This document shows, piece after piece, positions 51,631-62,784 of a stretch of DNA of 64,000 nucleotides (positions are counted from its first letter, which is position 1; each line of letters begins with the position of its first letter). The notes beneath the pieces were generated by a model that was not told the origin of the DNA, did no database searches, and worked only from the letters and a program-made list of their open reading frames with translations. This DNA comes from Felis catus (lineage: Eukaryota): assembly GCF_018350175.1 (NCBI RefSeq), contig NC_058368.1, positions 232,502,001 to 232,566,000 of the forward strand, written 5' to 3'. The position numbers and the translations under genes are program-made.

Positions 51631-54352
51631 AGATATAATTCTAATTGAAAGAAAAAAATATTATAAGAAGTGACATAATACATAGGCTACCTGTAATCAA
51701 ATACCATGATTTGAAATATCTAACATACTTAAAAGAATATAATTCTGATTAGATGCCAGTTACCCAAGTGGTTATAATAAAGTTTATCATATTGATCTTT
51801 CCTGAAATTTCACTTGCTTTTGATGCCTCAGCATGAGTTATCTACTAGAACAAATTTCATCTTGTCCGCTTGGTAACATTCACCTAGGAAATCTAGATGA
51901 ACCAATGATTCCCACTACAGGTAGATTTTTAATAAGCAAGGGAGGTTAAAACATGTGTTCTTGCCCAAGAGGAGGAGAGCCTACCAACAGAAGAGGGCAC
52001 TAAGGGACTAAGGTGCATACCCAGCACCTACTGAGCCCGATGAAAACCACATCATATAATCTGATTTTGCCTAGAGACATCCCTGAATGAAGCCAACACA
52101 GATTGAGGACTATGGGAAGAATAGAATCAGCTGTAAAGTTAGAAGCCATCATCTTTGTAGAAGTTCAAGGAAATGAGAGGCCAGCGGGAGCTGAGATTTC
52201 AATGAAAGCCTGCAAGATAGAAGGGAGGCATAAAATTGAAGCATGAGGTTGTTAAGGATGCCCAGAAAAGGCAGGAGCAAAACACATTGTTGGGTGGGGG
52301 GAGGGACAGGGAGCGCTCAGTGATAGGCAACAACATAGAGGTAGAAGTCAGTTCTTTGCACGTACGGACTCATTTCATCTTCTCAGCCACCTCAACGCAC
52401 TGGTATTATCATCTCCTTCAGGCACAGTTTGATTAACTACTTTGTCCAAGGCCACACCAAGAGTGACTGGACCAGCCCCTACATCTGTAAGAAAGAGTAG
52501 ACCGTGATCATCATATCAACAATTTTCACAGTTGGGCAAACGTCGAGGGGGAGTGGTGGTTAATGAGGACAACAGGGGGCACGGCTGGGGCTGGTGTGAG
52601 GAAACACAAGCCCCACATCAACCGTGACGAGGCCAGGGGACAGAGAGTTGGAAGAGGAATGACCCAAACTGGAAGATCAACAATTTGATGAGCTGCCTGC
52701 TTTAACACCATCTTAAGTGGTGGTGTGTTTCTTTCCTACACAGGATGGGAGCTCAGTGGCATGCCTAGGAGTGCCAGCTGTGAACATGTTGAAGGGATGA
52801 AGCAAAAAAAGGGGGTGCCCAGGACTCATGACAGGAACAGGCAACTGAGTATTAGTGAGGCGGTAAAATTGGGATAATCCGCCTGGTTGACTACCTTCCT
52901 CTCAGCTTATTCAAGAGAATTGAGAGTATCAAGATGAGCCCAGTATCTCATTAACTCTGTTTTTCACTAGAAAATTTCTCTCGGCGGTGAAACAGAATCA
53001 CCGGTGAGAAGCGTTTATAACCATTAATCTGCTTACCTGGTTTATTTATTTACCCCAGCTGACCACCATGGGGCAGCGCTCCAAATTAATAGGGCGTTCT
53101 AAATACAATCTTTCTAGCAAAGTCAGAAGTGTAAGAGCGATACTGTGCATTTAGCCTCATTCTAAGTTTGATTAGGAATTAGTGCTCCCAGTTTCTCATA
53201 GGCAATTGCTCCCCAGATCAAGATTAACATGCAAAGGGTAAATCACATAATCTGATTTCACTCAGTGGGTTCATGTGTCTCTGGCTCTCTTGCCTGGAAT
53301 TTGGTCTTACAATGTAACATAGGGGGCATTCAGTGTTTCATTTTCCTTCCTGCTTCGTACTGTGCTCCTTATTTATTTGCTTTCCAAGATCATACCCAAT
53401 AAGAAAGTGACCTTTCTGAGTGTACAGAGATGAAATGTAGACTTGCCCAACGCCAGAGCTTGGCAGGAATAGTCAGCACCGTTAACTTCATCAGGAAGGG
53501 TTAGCATGCTCTGGGTCCTTCCCGCTTGCTCTGGATGACGGGGCTCATTTCCCGACTGATTCTGCCGCATCGTCAGAGTGGTCAGGAAGACCCTGGACTC
53601 AGGGGCAGGTCAGGATGGAAAGGTGTGCTGGGAGAAGCTCAGCTCTGGGCGTGCCCAGCCCTGGGAAATATATCATCTAGAGTTCCAGTTCTGAGGGGCT
53701 GGCCCTGGACGATGCTATGGTGCTGGGGAGTAACGGACTGGTATGACAAGCGTCCTCTGTGGGTCTGCCACTCTCCACACCTTCTGCAAGTCGCCAGGAA
53801 GAGAAAATGACCGGATTCAGGACTTGAAGACCTCCCCGACCATCTGCATCCTGCACCTTCTCGTTCCCAGCCACAGAGTGTTCACCTGCCAGGGGAGGTG
53901 CCGCGGGATGAAGTTGAATTCACGTGTCACCCAGCTAGGGCTCCCCTTCCTAGGATCACGTTGCCCAAAAGTCCTACGGCATAACCGGAAGGCCCGAACA
54001 AATCCTTATGGGTAGAGTCAGCAGTCATAGGTCCATGGTCAGTTCTGGAAATTCCCAGTTCCCTGGGTCCTTTAATTTCAGGAGGCCAAGGATATCAATT
54101 TTTTTTTAACTTACAGATATTTAAGCCTTTCATTGATTAGACTTGAAGACAGGAAAGCGACCACATAAAATGCCAAATAAAGTAAGTTCCTAAAGATTAT
54201 CCAGAGCAGAACCGAAACTCTATCCTCCGGCAACTTTGCTTGAAAACAAGAGTTTTAATGAACTATTCACTCTTGTTCATAGAAAAGTAGTGAGATCAGA
54301 ATGCTGATAGCTTATCAGGGCCTTTACCTTGTTGTCTAGGCCCCTTTTTATC

Positions 54353-54583
54353 TTTTTTTTTTTAATGTTTATTTATTTTTGAGAGAGAGAGCATGAGCGG
54401 GGGTGGGGAGTGAGGGGAGGACAGAGAGATAGGGGACAGAAGATCCCGAAGCAGGCTCTGTGCCGACAGCGGCGAGCCCAAGGCGAGGCTCAAACTCACA
54501 AACTGGGAGATCACGACCCGAGCTGAAGTCAGACGCTCAACTGACCGAGCCACGAGGCGCCCCATCGGCCCCTTTTATCTTGT
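54353..54583 (-). mobile_element. CAN-SINE
   Basis: TSD ggcccctttt(t)atct. Confidence 0.93.
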
Positions 54584-56559
54584 GTGTGAGGTTCACGTGT
54601 TTCTTATCTTTTCAGAGTTGCTTTTAATATGTTATAGAAGAATATGTGATAAGGAAAGTTTAAATGTAGACTACGGCACCCAAAACCCTAAACATTCATC
54701 AACAAGGCTGCATGAGTCACCAGCCAGTACCTCATTTGTGAGCCATGATTCAAAAGTTTAAAATTAATCATTGAATTACTTTTTGATCATTTGTTATAAT
54801 AGCCATAGTAGAGAAAGCTATGAGAAATAGTGGCGTATGGTAACATTTTTAATATCTCTGGGGGACTTATCTAAAGGTATCCGTATTTAGATATAATTAA
54901 TTACCTGAATAAGCTAAGAAAATTTCATTTTCTTCATATAAGCATGAAAAAAAAAATGAGTAAGAGACATGGAAATTGGCTCTACATTTCTACTTTTAAA
55001 TGAAGATTAATTTTGATAATATTTTATTCAATCACAGAGCTTGAGGTGACATTCAATGCATGTCTATGGCTTTTTTCACAGTAACCCTGGGGGAGGTGGG
55101 GACGTGAACCTTTTTGTAAGTGACAGACAGCTGATGTAATTTACTTTGAGTTACTTCAGTAATGAGTACAAATAGTTAAATTCCTATGCACTTTCAAATA
55201 TTAGTCTTTATTATTCTGTCGCTTCTGTGGATAATTTTACCCACACATAGTTTTGCAGTTTAAAATAGATACAAGTGAAAGAGATTGATTCGAATCAGCT
55301 TGAATCTCTTCTCAGTCCCAGAAGGTACTATTGGTAATGGATGATGATGCTTATTCGAAAGGATACAGGTACATTTGTGTCTAAAATAGTTCAGTCCAGT
55401 CTGTCGGCCTATGTCGTCTTTTCGTAGGAGAATTATGAGCAACACCAAAGATACTGTACTAGTAAATTAAGATAATTCCAAGCTGTTCTGCATCAGTTCA
55501 AATGACTTAAAGGGAAAGAATAACTTGTTTCAATGTCTCTGCTTGTTTACTAGTCCATGACTGTACTCATCAAACACAAAACAAAGAAACAAAGGGAATG
55601 GACATCTGGGCAAAGGATCATCTTTTTTTTTTTTTTTTCCTCTCCTAAAGCAGGACTTAGAAATACCCGCCACTAGTGAGAAGAAAGAGAGGATTTCAGT
55701 TGCAGAAAAGTCCTAACAGGAAGAGAATTCTGTATGCTTACAAAATAATAGATAGATAAAAGCAGGTGAGCAGTGATAGTATCCATAAGGTACTTATACA
55801 TATACTAACGTTCTGTGTAAGGTGATACTTCTACATACAGTGAAAGATAAATATAAAAGAAATAAAGGTGTTGAGAAATTCTTCTACTTACAGAGGTCTG
55901 ATGTTGTGAAAGGGCACCCTATGATCAGCAGTATGGCAATGATTACATTTGTCTAAATGTAAACATCCTATCATACTTTGCCTAATAGTTGCATTGCTAT
56001 GTGAGATGTCAGTTCTTACACTCAGTTCAAAGGAAATTATGAACTTCAGAACTCGCAGGGCCGTCAGACTTGGGGAAAAGTTCATAATCCTTGCAGAAAT
56101 TAACGAACAGCAGCTCTGGCTTTTAGTATAGTCTTGGTATATTAGCTTCTCAGTCTTTCTAGTATCCGTTGCAACAGTGTCTTTGTCCAATTGGCCTTGT
56201 TGATGGGAGATCATGCTGGATCCTTCTACTCCTTTGTATTGGTTATCCACCCAAGAGCACAGATAGACATTACCTTTGTTTATTAAACCCTGACTCTTTA
56301 TCTGGCTCAGTCTAGGCCCAGAACATAATTGGTAAACAAGTGAACCTTCTTACCTGGAATACCTATATTTTCTCCAATCACTATTAAAGCTTAGCAGTTG
56401 CTCTAAGGCAGCAATTGTAACACTATTTTATTTTTTTTAAGAAGCCTCCAGAAATCATCTTGACAGAGATCTTATCTGTTTTTTTTTTTTTAAATCACAT
56501 TTCGGCTACAGAACACATTAAGTTATCATCCACGTATCATCAAATTTTGTGTTATTGCC

Positions 56560-56730
56560 TCAGACTGGGGGTAAGCCCACCATGGCCCATGGGCCAAATC
56601 TAGCCACACCCCTCCATTTCCACATTGTCTGAAGGGGCCATCATGCTGCTATGACACTGTATGTGACTCCCAGAGTCGAAAATAATTGCTACATAGCTCT
56701 TTTCAGAAGAAGTTGGGCAAACCCAGCCAT
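56560..56730. mobile_element. MER58-like hAT MITE remnant
   Basis: atggcccatgggccaaatctagcc...aaaataattgctacatagctctttt cagaagaagttgggcaaaccc resembles MER58A. Confidence 0.6.
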
Positions 56731-57489
56731 AGACTGGCATCGAATTATAACATTGCTGTCTATTACTATCACCACTGCTACCATTTCAAAGTGAGGGCGA
56801 GGGGGAGGGAGTGCTTAGTCTTTGTGTCGCACATGTTAGAAGGTCAGTAGATATTTCTGACTTACTACCACACGCGTGTGCATAGAAGTTAGTTGATCAC
56901 TAAGTCACGAGCTTTATGGTATATGGTTTACGGTATATGGTGGGGAAACTATGATAGACAGTCAGAAATGAGCTGGTCTAGCTAGAGTTAGTAAGAGAGA
57001 GTAAATGAAGATAAAAATACAGAGAAACAGGATATGTCAAAGTTTTAAAGCCTCTGATTTTTTTCCAGGCCAAGTTCTAAATTGTTACTTAGCCTTTTGG
57101 GAATAAACATCTGAGTTTTCTGATGCATTTCACGACAGCATATGAGTCAATATCGAACAAAAAATTGAGATTCTAACTAATACTCTAAAAATAGCATTTT
57201 TGCCCTTCTTACAATCGCATTTATTACCCAACTCTTTTAGATTCATAATATGTTTGAAATTTGTGCCGTCAGCGTATTTTCTTTAATAATCTTAATGTGG
57301 TTTCCATTGGATAAGATTAAAAGTGATTTCATGGTGCAAAGTCACCAAAGTTGTGTGTTGGGATGTGGAGGAATTTAATGCATTTTAAAACTTTAAAGAA
57401 GCAGGGAAGAGAATAAGAACTCAAGGAACGGCATTTTGCTTTAAAATAAAAAAGTAGGGTAGTCCCATTTTTAACTTTTTGAGGAACTA

Positions 57490-58195
57490 GGTATTTTCCC
57501 AAAGAATACAAAAACACTAATCCAAAGAGGTACATGCACCCCAACGTTTATAGCAGCAGTGTCAACATTGGCCAAATTCTGGAAAAAGCTGAAGTATCCA
57601 TCATCTGATGAATGGATAAGTAAGATGTGAGATTTATATAAACATATATGATGGAATATATATATATGTATATGTACACACACATATACATATATATATA
57701 TAATGGAGTATATATATATAATGGAATATATATAATGGAGTATAAACACACATTATATATATGTATATATATAATATGTATATAATGGGATATCACTCCA
57801 GTCATTAAAAACAATTAAATCTTGCCATTTGCAAGGATATGGATGCAACTAGAGTATACTATGCTAAGCAAAATAAGTCAGAAAAGACAAATACTATATG
57901 ATTTCACTCATATATGGAATTTAAGAAATAAAAGAGGTGAACATGGGGGAAAAAAAGAGAAGGAGGCAAACCAGAAAACAGACTCTTCACTGTAGAGAAC
58001 AAACTGATGGTGTCCAGAGGGGAGGTGGGGGAGGGGTGGGTGAAATAAGTGATGGGATGAAGGGGCACACTTGTCATGACGAACACTGGGTTTTGTATGG
58101 AGGTGTTGAGTCGTTATATTGTACACCTACAACTAATGTTATATTGTATGTTCACTAACTGGAATTTAAACAAAAACTTTAAAAAAAGGAATAAA
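57490..58195 (+). mobile_element. LINE-1 3' end (carnivore-type) with internal TA-rich expansion (~57640-57790)
   Basis: ccaaagaatacaaaaacactaatccaaag...atcttgccatttgcaa...tatgttcactaactggaatttaaa plus A tail. Confidence 0.92.
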
Positions 58196-58294
58196 AAGAC
58201 AGATTGAATTTTTAAGAATTCAACTTTTCACTGATTAGAAGTGATTCATTTAATAAAATAAGGCATAAAATTAGAAGATAAAGGAAGGTATAAA

Positions 58295-58520
58295 GATATA
58301 TTTGTTAAATATAAGTAAGTTAGATACATTTGTGAAATATAAGTAAGTTAAATATAAGTAAGTAAATATAAGTAAGTTAAATATAAGTAAGTAAATATAA
58401 GTAAGTTAAATATAAGTAAGTAAATATAAGTAAGTTAAATATAAGTAAGTAAATATAAGTAAGATATATTTGCTAAATATAAGTAAGTTAGTTAAATATA
58501 AGTAAATATAAGTAAGTAAA
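58295..58520. repeat. AT-rich minisatellite, monomer AAATATAAGTAAGT(T)
   Basis: Alternating 15/14-bp monomers give four perfect 29-bp units at 58335-58450, with degenerate copies on either side. Confidence 0.95.
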
Positions 58521-58719
58521 GTTATGATAAAATTCTAAAGTATTCAATGTTAATAAATATATTTTATTTATATTTAATATTCCTATATATTTAATGGATA
58601 TATTAATATGCAATATCAATTGAAATATAGCCTAAAACAAGATATTGTGTTTAAAAAATAAAAGTCAAAAGTAATTTCCCAGAAAAAAAATAACAAGAAA
58701 AAGAATACAATTAAGAATC

Positions 58720-58911
58720 TTTGTTGTTGTTTATTTATCTATTTTGAGAGAGAGAGAAGGGGAGGGGCAGAAAGACAGAGAGACATAATCCCAAGCAGGC
58801 TTCTTGCCACCAGTGCAGAGCCCCATGAGGGGCTCGAACTCACAAACTGTGAGATCATGACCTGAACCGAGATTAAGAGAGGATTAACTGACTGAGCCAT
58901 CCAGGCGCCCC
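58720..58911 (-). mobile_element. CAN-SINE
   Basis: Reverse body ending gagccatccaggcgcccc. Confidence 0.92.
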
Positions 58912-60764
58912 AAGGATACATTTTTAAAAAAACATATGTGCAATTTGTTGAGGAAATAACGATGTTCTTTTTGCCATAGAATGAAGTACTTGACATGATA
59001 TATTAAAATTTACAAAGACCTCTCCCTGCCTCTCGTGTGTATCCCCAGTTCCACCTTGAAGAGTTTATTGGTTGTGGCTGGAAGTCGAGTTCTTCCCGAG
59101 CTGCATCTCAGAGAAAACCTTCACATCGTTTAGCTATTCATCACAGTCTTAGTGTTGAGTTTTCTGCCTCTCATTGGTTCTGACCAATTCATCATTTTAC
59201 TAAATGACCACTACAATTTGTTTCCCTCTAATTACCATACCCAGGGCTGTAATGCTTTGGGGAAAGTCATTTATTATATGTGTATTCGAAAGTACATCAG
59301 AAAGCCTGAGAAAGACATTCAAGTTTGAAGAAAGAGGTGCCAGTTCTGAAGGTCTTACGTAGACTTTGTCTTAGCTCTCCTGTGGAAGCAAGACTAATGT
59401 CGGTACCTGCCCAAAGAAATCACGTGCTCCAGTCCTGCCATATGCATGTTAATTTCCCCTTCCTTCTACAAAACTTAAGATTTACTTTGAAGCGACTGCA
59501 GGCTATCAGAAGATACCACATGTTCCCACTGCCTTTGGACATTTATTTCAGTAATTCCTTTTTATTTCTCATTGCTACGTTCTTCTCTCTACCTGAATAA
59601 AAAACCATATGTCATTTTGCTTTTGTTTAACAAAGCAAAATTTCAACTTAGCAGGTGCACATGAAGGCAGTTTTAAAATTTTTCTCTTCATTCCATATTT
59701 CCAATCTCCTTGAATTGCTTATGTAGACAGATGTCTACTCATACCTTTTTAGAGTTTTAATTTTAATTTTACAGTGTTAAGAATCCAAGCTAATTCTGAT
59801 GTGCTCCTTAACTACCGTCAGAGTAATTTGACAAAATCTTGTGAGGATTATTCATAGATGAGGGCAACAGTGGGTTTTCTTCCAAGATCTTGAAATGATG
59901 GAATATTCCATTTTGCTAAAACGTAGAAGTAGCTTGTAAGGTATGCCAGGTCTGTGCTAGATTTCCACGGGGAAGAATGGATGAACCAAGTAAACCGTGT
60001 CTCTGCATAAGGCACTGATCTTATCACCTCCAGACTGAAAGCTGTGTCATTCTTAAGCTGGTCACCCTCCAGTAAAATCCATCTGGCTCCACGTGTCAGC
60101 TGCCTGAGACACTCAGATAAAAGCCGTGGCTCGTGTAGTTATCGGTGAGTCTGGGCTATTTTGCCTGTGCATCTCTGGGGTAGAGCACGGAGTGCTGGTT
60201 ACAGACACCTTCCTTCTGCTGAGTCACTTTGATCAACGGGGACATCATCAGCAAAGGTAGAAGCACCAGAAGGAAAGAGAAAACCCAAGAACATCGCATG
60301 CCTCATGTGAGGAGTCAGGGTTCCAACCCTGTTGAGGTCTCCTCGTGGGGAGAATGAACAGAAAACCCAGAAGACACATCTCCACTCTGACTCAGTGCCT
60401 AGTACTGTTCCACTCGGAGCCCTTCCCTGCCTCAGGGCCCGTGAAGTTTCTGGAGCCTTTTGTTTGGGATTTTTCAGAAGTAAAATGACCCCACGTCTCA
60501 CTGACGCACCTGAATAGGGACTGATGTGCATTTGCATCGGGGAAATGGAGGCTTGCCTTGCTCACTTTGGGCTTCCTGCTGGAATCAGCCACTCCCACAC
60601 CTGACAGCTTGGTTCTCTCTCTCTCAGCTCAGCCGAACTACTGACACCATGCCTGCCTCCCACTCTCTTTCCCTTTGCTTCTCTTTCCTCTTGCTTCTTG
60701 CTGCAAATTTTAAATTCAAACCACAGATCATGTGTGTATCATTTATCCATCAACGGCCCCTTGT

Positions 60765-61080
60765 TTCCACATCTGAACCTGGAGGACATTCGGCGGAGTG
60801 AAATAAGCCAGACACAGAAAGACAAATATTGCAGGATTCCACTTACGTGTGGAATATAAAAAAGTTTGATTCATAAAAGCAGAGATAAAATTATGGTTGC
60901 CAGAAGTTGAGGGTGGGGAAAATGGGGAGATGTAGGCCAAAGAATACAATAGTTTGGTTACGAAGGAGGAGTAAATTATAGAGATTATAGGCACTGCGTG
61001 GGGACTAACTATAGTTAATACTGTATTGTACATTTGAAATTTCCTAAAGGAGTACATCTTCAGTGTTCTCACCATAATAT
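60765..61080 (+). mobile_element. LINE-1 3'UTR fragment (L1MA/L1MB-like)
   Basis: gaacctggaggacatt...agtgaaataagccagacacagaaagacaaata...gttaatactgtattgtacatttgaaa. Confidence 0.88.
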
Positions 61081-61131
61081 ATAAATGCCTATACCACATG
61101 TGTTTCTTCTAGATTAATAGAGACGTGCCAT

Positions 61132-61356
61132 GGGGCGCCTGGGTGGCGCAGTCGGTTAAGCGTCTGACTTCAGGCAGGTCACGATCTCGCGGTCCGTGAG
61201 TTCGAGCACCACGTCGGGCTCTGGGCTGACGGCTCAGAGCCTGGAGCCTGTTTCCGATTCTGTGTCTCCCTCGCTCTCTGCCCCTCCCCCGTTCATGCTC
61301 TGTCTCTCTCTGTCCCAAAAATAAATAAACGTTGAAAAAAAAAATTAAAAAAAAAA
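61132..61356 (+). mobile_element. Young felid-type SINEC
   Basis: Young head; TSD aatagagacgtg. Confidence 0.95.
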
Positions 61357-61489
61357 ATAGAGACGTGACTTTGCGGTCTATGGTCCCCGGGGGGAGCCTG
61401 GCTGTCATACATGGTGGGGACTGCCACTGCATCAAGGAAATTTTCTCGCTATGACAGAGACAGGAAGCAAACAAAAACAAAAGATAGTT

Positions 61490-62579
61490 TGCTGGAAGCC
61501 GAGCTATCCCAGCCTGAGTGGCAGGGCCCGGGCTGTGGATAGATTGGTGACTGCAGGGAGGCCGCCAACAGTGAAGCTTCTTGTCCTCCTGCTTTTAGGT
61601 AATTTGGCCTTAAAAGTACCTGGGATATTGTCTGTCTGTCGGGGAATTACCCTCGGCAGGCCCCCTGGGAAAAGAACCGTTAGGGAAGAAAATAAGGTTC
61701 CGCAAGAAATTGTGCGGCCTACGTTTAGCCCTTGCCATCCCCTATGGAGACTCCTCTACTTACAGGAAAGATAGCCTCATGCCTTTGCAAGCAAAGAGGG
61801 CCTGTAAAGGAGAGAGATATGGATTTGAAAGCCTCACTCCGGCAACTAAGGAGTGTATCTCTGGGCACAGGTGACTTCAACCCCAAGGCCCACCTGGCTC
61901 CCCAGGGGCATTCCTGATGATGACTGAACCTAGTCGGTTAAGCTACAGAATGGTTCATTGGTTCCTAGGTGCATCGTCTCTCTGAGAATGTGTGAGGCAT
62001 GGGTTTCTAAGGCCTTTTCGGCCCCTTTCTGGCACCTTGGACCGAGGCAGACTCATTGTTCTTCTGGCCTCATGTGGTTAGGAGGTCGTGTCCCTGTAAC
62101 TGTTCCACTTGAGGTGTTGAGAAATGGAGGGCCTTTCACGAGAACAGCAAAGCAAATGCTTTATCGACTAATAATTATAGATAAGCGCAGATGCATAATG
62201 GAATAACGTAAGAAATTAATCTATAATCAAAGGGTATGAGGGAAAGTTAGGGGAAAATCACCATGTTATTTCTTAAAGGTTGTTTACACATAGGAACATT
62301 GTCAAAATCAGGTAATGTTAGAAAAACATAGATGACGTATGCCGCAAGGAAATCACTAGCAAATACAATGCCACGTTTGCTACAGTAAATCGGCCAGTTC
62401 AACCCACTGCGGTTGTCTGTGTCCATTTTTATTTTTTGTTTTTATTTGAGTTTTTTATTTGAGTTTTAGTTTTTTACTTTAGTTTTTTATTTTCTACTTT
62501 TTTATTTCAGTTTTGTTTTATTTTCACCGACGCCGTTCTTCCTTCGGGAACCCCTGGTTGTTGGAGCTGGTCTCCAGCA
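61490..62579 (+). mobile_element. Long ERV solo LTR (1090 bp), betaretrovirus/ERV2-like
   Basis: Inverted termini TGCTGGA...TCCAGCA; 6-bp TSD ATAGTT (61484-61489) / ATAGTC (62580-62585); AGTAAA at 62384-62389 followed by a T-rich U5-like tract. Confidence 0.78.
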
Positions 62580-62610
62580 ATAGTCGCTCTATTTAAAATA
62601 AAGACAGGGA

Positions 62611-62614
62611 AAAA

Positions 62615-62649
<35 letters not shown>

Positions 62650-62652
62650 AAT
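62611..62652. repeat. (AAAT)n tract flanked by a 16-bp duplication
   Basis: aaaataaagacaggga at 62595-62610 and 62653-62668. Confidence 0.9.
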
Positions 62653-62784
62653 AAAATAAAGACAGGGATCCCAATCATTCTTGGGTTACAAAAATCTGAG
62701 AAAGAATTGTCAAAGAAAAAGTGGTAGATGAGAGAAAAGACAAAAGTTTAAGGGGCGACTGATGGCTACAGGACTGTAACTGAT

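Noticed and set aside
55888..56250. 120-aa minus-strand ORF as a standalone gene
   Set aside because: GTG start, no recognisable domain or promoter; kept only as part of the speculative exon chain.
4429..61356. tRNA-like A/B boxes (tggctcagtcggtt...gagttcgagccc) as tRNA genes, or the dispersed repeats as a CRISPR-like array
   Set aside because: They are SINE heads continuing into CT tracts and A tails with TSDs; spacing is irregular, there are no cas genes, and the context is mammalian.
4427..61480. Recurring peptides such as GQRETEHERGRGRERGRHR... and MAQSVKRPTSAQVMIS... that look like a gene family
   Set aside because: They are translations of CAN-SINE copies on either strand.
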